Positions 27,351 through 34,357 of a stretch of DNA of 34,357 nucleotides are shown in pieces; within the stretch, counting starts at the first letter, position 1, and each line of letters opens with the position of its first letter. The position numbers and the translations under genes are program-made. The DNA is from a virus (lineage: Duplodnaviria > Caudoviricetes), in IMG/VR virus record IMGVR_UViG_3300032216_000455, positions 1 to 34,357 of that record; one strand, given 5' to 3'. Below the pieces are notes generated by a model, which had not been told where the DNA came from, ran no database searches, and worked only from the letters and a program-made list of their open reading frames with translations.

Positions 27351-27695
27351 TTATTTTACAGCTACTGCGTCTTCCCATGCTTTAACCGTCAAGCGATGCT
27401 TTACACTACAATCCGTGTATTTTGCAATGATATCGGCTTCCCAGATAGAGCGCTCAGGGTCAATTAAAGATATTGGTGGGGCTGGAAGTGTTGGACACTT
27501 CGACGCTAGGTTTGCCGGTGGAAGCGGCATTGGCATCACGGACACTGCCTTCGAGCAGCCTGCGCACAGCGTCAGGAGCAGAGCAATCAACAGGAACGGC
27601 AGGAGCCGTTTTATATATTTCACGTATGGTGTTGATGCGCTCGGTTGCCATGACATTGGCTTGATCTCGTTGGGCTTCGTACGTTTGCGAAACAT
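27351..27695 (-). CDS. o-spanin (Rz1-like lipoprotein)
   Basis: LLPFLLIALLLTLCAGC lipobox followed by Pro-rich PMPLPPANLASKCPTLP; overlaps the i-spanin in another frame; exact start uncertain. Confidence 0.8.
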   Translation of the reverse strand: MFRKRTKPNEIKPMSWQPSASTPYVKYIKRLLPFLLIALLLTLCAGCSKAVSVMPMPLPPANLASKCPTLPAPPISLIDPERSIWEADIIAKYTDCSVKHRLTVKAWEDAVAVK

Positions 27696-27861
27696 TATCT
27701 ACTACCTCTTGCTTTTTGACCCGCGACTTCTCAGCCTTTTCCAGAGCCTTTGCATATGCCGCATCGCACTGCCAATCACGAACTTTATACCCTGCGGCTG
27801 CGCCAATAACCAGCGCACCTGCCGTTGCGTAGAGCATCAATGGGTTAGGAATTAGGCCCAT
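27460..27861 (-). CDS. i-spanin (Rz-like)
   Basis: N-terminal TM helix, coiled coil, C-terminal Cys; directly after the endolysin. Confidence 0.8.
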   Translation of the reverse strand: MGLIPNPLMLYATAGALVIGAAAGYKVRDWQCDAAYAKALEKAEKSRVKKQEVVDNVSQTYEAQRDQANVMATERINTIREIYKTAPAVPVDCSAPDAVRRLLEGSVRDANAASTGKPSVEVSNTSSPTNIFN

Positions 27862-28463
27862 GATGCAAACTTGTATGTCTTGGTGCGCCGGTCATCCAGA
27901 CCGTGCGTACCGCCATTGATGCGCTTTGTTAACGCGAGGATAGCAGCATCGTTGACGCCTTGGTCGCAGATAGACCATAGCTTATTTTTGTCGAAGAACC
28001 AAAGGGCACTTTCAAAGCAAAGTTCCCCAGACACGAGATCGGGGTTTGTCATTACATCTTGTCGTCCAATGTAGTTTGCGAAGGCTTGGTAATTCGACCG
28101 CCCGGTAAGTTGGAGGGCACCCCTGCCTCGAAAAAGCCACCCGTCGCCAGATGCTTCATCTCCATTACCCATGCGGTTCGCATATACGCGGTTGGCAATT
28201 TTCTGTGGCTTGCGTTCGTAGGCACGAGCCATTGCGTCGGTCGGGAAGTACTTGCCGAATATCTTGCGAAGTCCGGCAGTGCCGTAGTTCAGGTTTTCGC
28301 TGAACGCCTTGAAGCCGCCCGACTCATGCGCCGTTTGAGCAAAGAAATGCGCAGCACGAGCAGGTGAAAGCTTATAGTAAGCCGCAGCTTTCTTAAGAGT
28401 CCCCGGACCGAACGCACCATCTGCATCGCACCCACATTTCTTCTGGAGTTCAATCAAGCTCAT
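27852..28463 (-). CDS. glycoside hydrolase family 19 endolysin
   Basis: FFAQTAHESGGF, ENLNY, FRGRGALQLTGRSNY, INGGTHGL; short DGAFGPGT peptidoglycan-binding-like N terminus. Confidence 0.93.
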   Translation of the reverse strand: MSLIELQKKCGCDADGAFGPGTLKKAAAYYKLSPARAAHFFAQTAHESGGFKAFSENLNYGTAGLRKIFGKYFPTDAMARAYERKPQKIANRVYANRMGNGDEASGDGWLFRGRGALQLTGRSNYQAFANYIGRQDVMTNPDLVSGELCFESALWFFDKNKLWSICDQGVNDAAILALTKRINGGTHGLDDRRTKTYKFASWA

Positions 28464-28630
28464 TTATCGTCCTTCCGGCTATTCCACAATTCAAATAGCG
28501 TCTTGATCTTCTCTTCCGCCATACCCAGACGCACATCCATCTTAGCTAAGATGATGGTCAGCGAGATGAACGCCAGAACAATGGGCCAAAGCTGGCCGAT
28601 CAATTCAACGGTAGAGAGATTGCCGGCCAT
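28460..28630 (-). CDS. putative holin-like single-TM protein (56 aa), absent from ORF track
   Basis: MAGNLSTVELIGQLWPIVLAFISLTIILAKMDVRLGMAEEKIKTLFELWNSRKDDK*; coupled by TAATG and ATGA overlaps, immediately before the endolysin. Confidence 0.7.
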   Translation of the reverse strand: MAGNLSTVELIGQLWPIVLAFISLTIILAKMDVRLGMAEEKIKTLFELWNSRKDDK

Positions 28631-29097
28631 TATGCCCCCAGATTACGCCAGTCAGGGAAGTCGTTTTCATCAACCACGCCGTCGCCATTAGCATCCCAGC
28701 GCAGGTCATGGCGGTGCTTCTCCCACGGGGCCATGTCGTCATCATCGTCTTCTGTTCCCACCATGGGAACCAATGCAGGTGCTTCCGGCTCAGGTTCTGG
28801 TTCTGGCTCCGGTGCAACCCCTGTCACTTCCAGCGGTTCTTCAGGTTTGGCGTTGATGTTATTAAGGCTCAAACCACCAAGCAAGCCAACAAATGCACCG
28901 ACGATGGTGTTGAAGGCAGGGCCGACCAGTTCAAAGATTTTGTCGTTATCGACTCGGTCGTTAAATAGGCCAAACATCAATGCGCCAACAACGGCTATCA
29001 TGAGCAGAGACAGCGTCATCACCGTGACGCGCAAAATCCACTCGACTGTATCTAAAGGCGCGGGGCGCTTAGCGGTAAATCTGTCCCAAAAGCTCAT
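28630..29097 (-). CDS. two-TM membrane protein with acidic tail and EF-hand-like loop (holin/antiholin candidate)
   Basis: Start MSFWDRF at 29097; two hydrophobic helices; PEPEPEPE, DDDDD, DANGDGVVDEND. Confidence 0.7.
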   Translation of the reverse strand: MSFWDRFTAKRPAPLDTVEWILRVTVMTLSLLMIAVVGALMFGLFNDRVDNDKIFELVGPAFNTIVGAFVGLLGGLSLNNINAKPEEPLEVTGVAPEPEPEPEPEAPALVPMVGTEDDDDDMAPWEKHRHDLRWDANGDGVVDENDFPDWRNLGA

Positions 29098-29426
29098 TAT
29101 GCACTCCAAGGTAGGTCTGGGGTTACGACAGGCGGGTCGATCTGGTTTTGGATTTGCTCCGCCACATTTGCTTCGTAGCTTGCTACTTGTTCTGCACCCA
29201 TAGCAGATTGTACCCAACCAATCACCTGCGTTTCGGTGAGGTCGGCGTAAGGTGTGAAAGGTGCGGTTGGATCGACAGCTACAGCCTGCGTACCGTATAC
29301 GTTGCCGCTAAACCCAGCTTCAGTACCAGTAAGCGTCCAGTGGACGTTGAAGACCACATTGGTCTCACTGCCTTCCTGCGGGTAGCAGTCCATCTGAATG
29401 ACCGTCCATGTGTATGTTGTTGCCAT
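29097..29426 (-). CDS. conserved tail fibre-associated protein (109 aa)
   Basis: MATTYTWTV...VVFNVHW...FTPYADLTETQVIGWV...LPW; coupled to the fibre gene. Confidence 0.75.
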   Translation of the reverse strand: MATTYTWTVIQMDCYPQEGSETNVVFNVHWTLTGTEAGFSGNVYGTQAVAVDPTAPFTPYADLTETQVIGWVQSAMGAEQVASYEANVAEQIQNQIDPPVVTPDLPWSA

Positions 29427-31318
29427 TAGGTTACTCCGGCTCCTGAAATGACCCACACTGTTGCGGTGACTTTAAGGCATGTAGCAACACCATATTGGGC
29501 TAGCGTACGTGACCCAGTAGTAGCAGTACCAGCAAGGCGTAGTGTATCGGTCGTAATGCTGATCGTCTGGCTGCTGCCACTGTTATTAAAGATGGACACC
29601 GCTGAGCCGATTGGAAACGCTACAGAGCCGTTTGCTGGGATGACAACACCGCCAGTCGTAATGCTAATGTGCTTACCCATGTCGGTCAAAGCTAGCGTAT
29701 ATGAGGCAGTCTGGCTGTTCTGCGGAAGGCCTTTATAGCCAAAAGCAGCTGCTTGGTTAGCACTTGTGATCTGCCCGACATCATCAATGATAATCCCATT
29801 GGTCGAGAAGCCTACGCCTTGGTTGATGCGCCAACGGTTGCTAGTATCAACACCCCATGACCACCAGAGATCGACACTACTGCCGTTCTTTGCCGCCAAA
29901 ATGTTAAAGCCTTCTTTACTAGCAGCGTTGGGGGACATCTGGGTTAAACGATCATAACCACCGTAAGAAGATTGGATGTGCAGTGCGGCATCGGTTCCCG
30001 TACCACCAATAGCAACACCGCCCCCTGATCCGATACGCATACGTTCGGTACCAGTGGTTGAAAACCGCAAAGCGGCTGCACCAGCAGCGTTAAGGGTAAA
30101 ATCACCAGTTCCTGAATTAACGATGTCAAACGCACCATTAGCCCCGCCAGCACGAATTAAACGGGCCTCATAATCTGACCCTGCGGTGCTGTGTAAATCA
30201 ATATATGCGTTACCACTTGCGCTACGATTAGACCCAAGTTCAAAAGCGCAATCACCGGTGCTTACGCCGCTCCCGCTTGTCAAAGTTCCGCCAAAGTTTA
30301 TGCTACCGTTAACATCTAATTTATAGCCCGGCGAACTCGTCCCGATCCCGACGTTACCGCTGCTATTGATATAGCTGTCGCCTGTTGAGCCAATACGGAC
30401 AGTAAGCGTTCCGCTGCCATTACGGGCAGCTAGTTCTACGTTGTTGGAGGCGTCAATATAAACGCCGCTTTCGTTAGCGATACCCGCTGACTTACCCGCT
30501 AATGCCCACCCAGCAGAAGATGCAGCGCGCTCTGAGGTAAAGCGGCCAAGCGGAGAACTCGTCCCAATCCCAACGTTGCCGCTGCTGTCGATACGCATAC
30601 GTTCGGTGTTGTTCGTGCCAAGAATAAGCGGGATAGCTGTGATGCTGTAAATGTCCATGTCGCTGGATGATGCGTACATGTTGCCGTAAAGTGTCCCAGC
30701 AACAGAGAACCGCAAATCGGCTGCGCCAGAAGCCTTGTTAAGCTGAAGCACGGCACCGGGTGAGCTTGTTCCGATCCCGACAATGCCTCCAAAATAGCTG
30801 CTGCCCCCAGCCGTTTGGAATTGAAGTTGCTGCGCCCCTACCGCTGTTTGATACGCATTGAGTTGGACGGCACCGCCATTAGTGACGCCCGCCGCAAAGT
30901 AGGTTGTGCCATTGCGAACATGGAAAGTGTCTGTGGTCGAAGTCCCGTAAACATCAAGAACAGAACCCGGCGAAGTCGTCCCGATCCCAACGTTATTTGA
31001 CGCGTCATAGTTAACCGACTTCTCAGCCGGATAGGTTACGAAGACGTCCTTGGTGCCGGCCGAGAAAGATACCGCAGCACCTGAAGATGAAGAAGCAAGG
31101 ATCGTATCGCGGGACAATGTAGTGCCCGCAGACGTATAGGTACCGATGCCGACTTCCCACTGAGAGCCACCAGAGATGGTGTAGTAGGTTGTGTTGGCAT
31201 TGCCGATGGCTGCGCCAAATGTCTGGAACCCCGTAGGCGCAGTCCCGCTGAGCGTGACCGTGCCCGTACCAGTCGTAGTGGTGGTATCGCGGACGCGATC
31301 AGCGAGGACAAGGGCCAT
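29426..31318 (-). CDS. long tail fibre protein
   Basis: MALVLADRVRDTTTTTGTG N-terminal attachment domain; four (N/I)VGIGTxSP repeats and ERMRI motifs. Confidence 0.85.
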   Translation of the reverse strand: MALVLADRVRDTTTTTGTGTVTLSGTAPTGFQTFGAAIGNANTTYYTISGGSQWEVGIGTYTSAGTTLSRDTILASSSSGAAVSFSAGTKDVFVTYPAEKSVNYDASNNVGIGTTSPGSVLDVYGTSTTDTFHVRNGTTYFAAGVTNGGAVQLNAYQTAVGAQQLQFQTAGGSSYFGGIVGIGTSSPGAVLQLNKASGAADLRFSVAGTLYGNMYASSSDMDIYSITAIPLILGTNNTERMRIDSSGNVGIGTSSPLGRFTSERAASSAGWALAGKSAGIANESGVYIDASNNVELAARNGSGTLTVRIGSTGDSYINSSGNVGIGTSSPGYKLDVNGSINFGGTLTSGSGVSTGDCAFELGSNRSASGNAYIDLHSTAGSDYEARLIRAGGANGAFDIVNSGTGDFTLNAAGAAALRFSTTGTERMRIGSGGGVAIGGTGTDAALHIQSSYGGYDRLTQMSPNAASKEGFNILAAKNGSSVDLWWSWGVDTSNRWRINQGVGFSTNGIIIDDVGQITSANQAAAFGYKGLPQNSQTASYTLALTDMGKHISITTGGVVIPANGSVAFPIGSAVSIFNNSGSSQTISITTDTLRLAGTATTGSRTLAQYGVATCLKVTATVWVISGAGVT

Positions 31319-31680
31319 TACATAAGGTTCCGCAGCTTATAGATTGTGGTCAGGTACGTATCAGTAACGCTATCAAGCAGGTTGCCAACAGCCCGATTAC
31401 CCCGACAAATTTTCTCGTGGTTCTTCTCGATCCAGTCTGCATCTTCAATCAGGACCAAAAGGATTTCCGAAGCCTTTGTCGGGGTCTTGGGGACGGAGCC
31501 GATCAGTTCAAATGCACCCTGATACGCCTCAACCAGCTTATCTATCGCTTCGATAATGTTGTCGTAGAACTCGCCCAGCGCAATATGCCGCGCATAAGCA
31601 CCGACGCCATTGGCCATCCAGTGCTCAAAATGCGCAAGGTTACGGGCGTAAAATACCCGGCTGACGAGTTCTTCGATCAT
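31318..31680 (-). CDS. ferritin/Dps-like four-helix protein (DUF5856-like)
   Basis: AHFEHW...ARHIALGEFYD...DKLVEAYQG...TIYKL resembles the Dps ferroxidase pattern (HW...H...D...E). Confidence 0.7.
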   Translation of the reverse strand: MIEELVSRVFYARNLAHFEHWMANGVGAYARHIALGEFYDNIIEAIDKLVEAYQGAFELIGSVPKTPTKASEILLVLIEDADWIEKNHEKICRGNRAVGNLLDSVTDTYLTTIYKLRNLM

Positions 31681-32153
31681 TAGGCGATCCGGATAATTGC
31701 AGTGGTATTGGTGGCTGTCGGGAAGATGATGGTGAAGTCACCTGCCGTCGAGGTCTTGTCCGAGCCAAAGTCCAGCACAGCCACAGCAGCGTTGGTAAGC
31801 GTTGTGTTTGCCGTACCGTTAGCCGAAGGCGTGTTGTTATAGATCAGAGCGCCACGAGCCGTGATGGTGGCATTCGTCCAGGTCGTATTGCTGAAGGTCG
31901 TGTAGCCCGTACCAGCCGAAGACGAAGTGTTTGAAGCCGTCACGCCACCGTTGGTCAGCGAGTTACCGCCAGCCGTGTAATTTGTGCCGGTCACTTCATT
32001 GGTAGCCGAGTAAGACGTCGTGTTAGCATCTATTGAGGCTGAAGACGTATAGAGGGCAATCTTAAAGGTATCGCCGCCCGTGTTGCGGAAATCGTGTACA
32101 GCCAGCAGGATTTCGGCTTTGAAGCTGGTGCACATAGCTTGTGTAATAGCCAT
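31680..32153 (-). CDS. virion structural protein
   Basis: MAITQAMCTSFK...FKIALY...YTAGG...ITARGALIYN...VLDFGSDK, a widespread phage tail-region family. Confidence 0.75.
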   Translation of the reverse strand: MAITQAMCTSFKAEILLAVHDFRNTGGDTFKIALYTSSASIDANTTSYSATNEVTGTNYTAGGNSLTNGGVTASNTSSSAGTGYTTFSNTTWTNATITARGALIYNNTPSANGTANTTLTNAAVAVLDFGSDKTSTAGDFTIIFPTATNTTAIIRIA

Positions 32154-32164
32154 GGGTATTCTCC

Positions 32165-32449
32165 TTAGGAATCAATCAGTTTTACAAGCTCAGGAAAGCC
32201 AGCTTCAGTAAACTTAGCCGCCAGAGTTACGTTACGTGAGCGCATGGCTTCACGCATGAAGTAGATGAGCACTTCACGCAGGTTTTCACGGAAGGCACGC
32301 GCCTGCTCCGCAATTACCGGGGGTGCATTATCACCTACGTTAATAATCTGATTGAGCGCTCGTTCAGCAAGCTCTTCCGCAGAAAAGCCACGACCACTTG
32401 AGGTCATGATCTGGACGTTGCCAATGGCTGTTTCGAGTTCAGTAATCAT
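32165..32449 (-). CDS. hypothetical phage protein (94 aa)
   Basis: ATGA coupling; RGFSAEELAE...APPVIAEQARAF motif. Confidence 0.75.
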   Translation of the reverse strand: MITELETAIGNVQIMTSSGRGFSAEELAERALNQIINVGDNAPPVIAEQARAFRENLREVLIYFMREAMRSRNVTLAAKFTEAGFPELVKLIDS

Positions 32450-33126
32450 TTCACTGGGTACCTAACTTGTGGGGTGCGGTACATATCCTGACGGTTTTTA
32501 CCTTCACCCAGCTGTTTCAGCATGGCAAGCGCTTCGCCGTACCGCTGCTGGTAATTAGAGATAATCTCCGCCTCACCTTTCATGAAGGTATAGGCTTCCA
32601 GCAACGCGCCGTAAAGCAGCACGCTGTCAAAGTTATCTCCAAGCCATGATGTGCCGGCAGTGACGATGGACTGGGGGTAGTAGAAGTAATGGAGTTCGAC
32701 TGTATAGTTCGAATCCGGTGTAGGGCCAAGGATGTAAGAGTTTTCGTCAAAAAACGCATAGTGGGTCGGGAGACCTGTATCACTTGGATTAGGAAACGAC
32801 TCGCGGATAAAGTTCACATCCTTGTCGAGCAGATAGCTGTAATTGCCACTAGCATCGACCACAGCCAGCGAAAAGTTGGCAAGCCAATCAGATGGTACAG
32901 ACAGGTACTTATTTCCCGCCGTTACATTTCCAGTCACATTCTTACGCAGGTCCAGAAGCTGAACCATGTTGTAGATACGCTGCTCAGCCTCTTGAATAAA
33001 CGTGTTAATCTGTTCGGTAGACGTAAGCGTTACCGTGCTGGTACCGTCAGAGCCGGTCCATGAGGTATTAGGGAAGTCGTTTTCGACGTACCCTTTAATC
33101 GTCTCGAACAGAGTAGCGTAGTTCAT
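32446..33126 (-). CDS. head-tail adaptor / tail tubular protein A-like
   Basis: MNYATL, FIQEAEQRI, GLPTHYA, LGPTPD, LLYGALLEAY pattern typical of phage adaptor proteins. Confidence 0.72.
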   Translation of the reverse strand: MNYATLFETIKGYVENDFPNTSWTGSDGTSTVTLTSTEQINTFIQEAEQRIYNMVQLLDLRKNVTGNVTAGNKYLSVPSDWLANFSLAVVDASGNYSYLLDKDVNFIRESFPNPSDTGLPTHYAFFDENSYILGPTPDSNYTVELHYFYYPQSIVTAGTSWLGDNFDSVLLYGALLEAYTFMKGEAEIISNYQQRYGEALAMLKQLGEGKNRQDMYRTPQVRYPVK

Positions 33127-33323
33127 TAGCCCAACTTCTTGCTGCTATTCAGTCCTTTAGTAGCCGCGCCTGTTCCACGGGTCTTTACCGTATCCGTGCG
33201 CGCCACCTTATTTGGATAGCCGTTGTTGCCCATATCGACCGTGTAGTCCATCGGCTGCTTCGCACGCGAAGGGAGCGGGTTTTCACCAGCGCCGAGGAAC
33301 GGCCATCCTGTATTATCAGCCAT
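33126..33323 (-). CDS. small virion-region protein (65 aa)
   Basis: KTRGTGAATKG motif; TAATG coupling. Confidence 0.7.
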   Translation of the reverse strand: MADNTGWPFLGAGENPLPSRAKQPMDYTVDMGNNGYPNKVARTDTVKTRGTGAATKGLNSSKKLG

Positions 33324-33444
33324 TTTTTACCACCTTCACTTCGTTCGTGGGCACGTTGCGCACGGGCTTTTTCTGGTTGGCAACCTTAGCAAGATTGCGG
33401 CCCAGCTTCTTCATTTGTTCGTTAGTCTTACCACCCTTAGCCAT
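33316..33444 (-). CDS. small basic protein (42 aa), absent from ORF track
   Basis: MAKGGKTNEQMKKLGRNLAKVANQKKPVRNVPTNEVKVVKNG*; AGGAG SD upstream. Confidence 0.7.
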   Translation of the reverse strand: MAKGGKTNEQMKKLGRNLAKVANQKKPVRNVPTNEVKVVKNG

Positions 33445-33453
33445 AACTTACTC

Positions 33454-33885
33454 CTACGTTTGTACCGTTACAGTACCGACTTCACCTGCAGCTAATAGCG
33501 TATTTGGTAGATCAGGCAAAGCTAAAGCGTTATTCAGCCCTACAGGATTCCACCCCCACTGTATATCACGACTACCGACAGTAGGGCCACCAAAAGCTAA
33601 CACGTTACTATTTGGCACCGTGTACGTCTCTGTACGGATGCCGTTAAGCCCTGCCTGCCAGTAACTGACATCGGGACGAGGATTGCGCAGTGCCTGGGGA
33701 TCATCAACCGGATACATACCGATTTGAAGCTGTGGCTGGTCTGGTTCCCAGCAAGTCGGGCACACAAGGATATTGGTGCTCTTGGTCTTGATAGTGAGTT
33801 TCTTAAGCTGCTTGAGCTTATAGCGGAAGCCACAGCGGTCACATTCCGCAATGGCCTTTTTACCAGAGGCAAACGGATTAGGCAT
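33454..33885 (-). CDS. Zn-ribbon-containing phage protein
   Basis: CDRCGF...VCPTC, DPQALRNPRPD; AGGAGGT SD. Confidence 0.8.
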   Translation of the reverse strand: MPNPFASGKKAIAECDRCGFRYKLKQLKKLTIKTKSTNILVCPTCWEPDQPQLQIGMYPVDDPQALRNPRPDVSYWQAGLNGIRTETYTVPNSNVLAFGGPTVGSRDIQWGWNPVGLNNALALPDLPNTLLAAGEVGTVTVQT

Positions 33886-33893
33886 CGTACCTC

Positions 33894-34357
33894 CTAGATA
33901 AACATCTGGCGCGGAGCGATCCGCAGCGGAGCCTTCTCACGATCTTCATCAGCAGCTTGTTCCCAAGCTTCATCATACATCTGCTTCAACAGCGCTGTGC
34001 GATCCATAGCATTGGGGAGCTTAAGCGACAGGTAATATGCCAACCCAGCCACCATGCACGGCAAGAAGCGGAACGGGATATCTTGTGTCGTGATACCGTT
34101 ACCGGCATCCTGCATACGACGCAGGCGGTAGTAGAAAAAGGTGTAATAGTTGCTCTGGTCTGGGGCCGGCCACACATTAATCTGCGGCGGCTTTGCACCA
34201 GTGGTCGGGTAGGTTGCGCCTGACTGACGGTTGATCCACACCTGAATAGGACGCCCTTGGGCATTCTTGTTCGGGATCGTGATGTACGTGTCGGCGCTGA
34301 TGCGGTTGATGTTAATATCAAGCTGATTGGAAGTTGTGCCCGCGTTCGTGCGGATAA
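33894..34357 (-). CDS. head-tail adaptor-like virion protein (5' truncated by window edge)
   Basis: Frame open to the window end (IRTNAGTTSNQLD...IPNKNAQGRPIQVW); WPAPD, DIPFRFLPCMVAGLAYYL. Confidence 0.72.
   Translation of the reverse strand, partial: IRTNAGTTSNQLDININRISADTYITIPNKNAQGRPIQVWINRQSGATYPTTGAKPPQINVWPAPDQSNYYTFFYYRLRRMQDAGNGITTQDIPFRFLPCMVAGLAYYLSLKLPNAMDRTALLKQMYDEAWEQAADEDREKAPLRIAPRQMFI

Noticed and set aside
26545-27855. 436-aa + strand ORF with AETPV repeats
   Set aside because: Antisense shadow of the repetitive minus-strand gene and the spanins; it opposes the operon direction.
21640-31318. Diversity-generating retroelement or invertible tail-fibre switch
   Set aside because: No reverse transcriptase or invertase in the window; the two similar fibre ends differ at all base types, not only adenines.
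33316-33330. Programmed frameshift at GTA AAA AAT joining the 42-aa and 65-aa ORFs
   Set aside because: The downstream ORF is in the +1 frame and has its own ATG; ordinary overlap explains it.
1-34357. Alternative genetic code, introns/inteins, tRNA genes
   Set aside because: Genes tile densely under the standard code, polymerase, helicase and primase motifs are uninterrupted, and no intergenic gap shows a cloverleaf by eye.

Overview
A 34 kb piece of a tailed dsDNA phage genome with podovirus-like architecture. The host is Gram-negative (spanins present) and probably alphaproteobacterial (GcrA-like HTH). There are two convergent arms. The + strand arm (1-12680) is a replication module: family A DNA polymerase, PD-(D/E)XK nucleases, class I methyltransferase, GT-A glycosyltransferase-like protein, DUF3310 protein, HNH-like protein, SNF2 helicase, SSB-like protein, HTH protein and AEP primase/DUF927 helicase. 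The - strand arm (12752-34357) is a virion/lysis module: head-tail adaptors, tail fibres, holin candidates, GH19 endolysin, spanins, tail tube/stabilisation protein and internal ejection proteins including an SLT transglycosylase and a 1536-aa LPD38-like protein. The main unexplained signal lies in the ~70 bp gap between the arms (about 12691-12753). It is a candidate small RNA with a plausible promoter and an intrinsic terminator. Its first hairpin loop and following linker are complementary to an extended ribosome-binding motif (AAGGAGCAAAC, sometimes with AACCAAC) found before 8-9 replication-arm genes but not at the late-gene starts inspected. This suggests a multi-target trans-acting antisense regulator of the replication module. 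Product calls come from motif recognition by eye, not from database searches.
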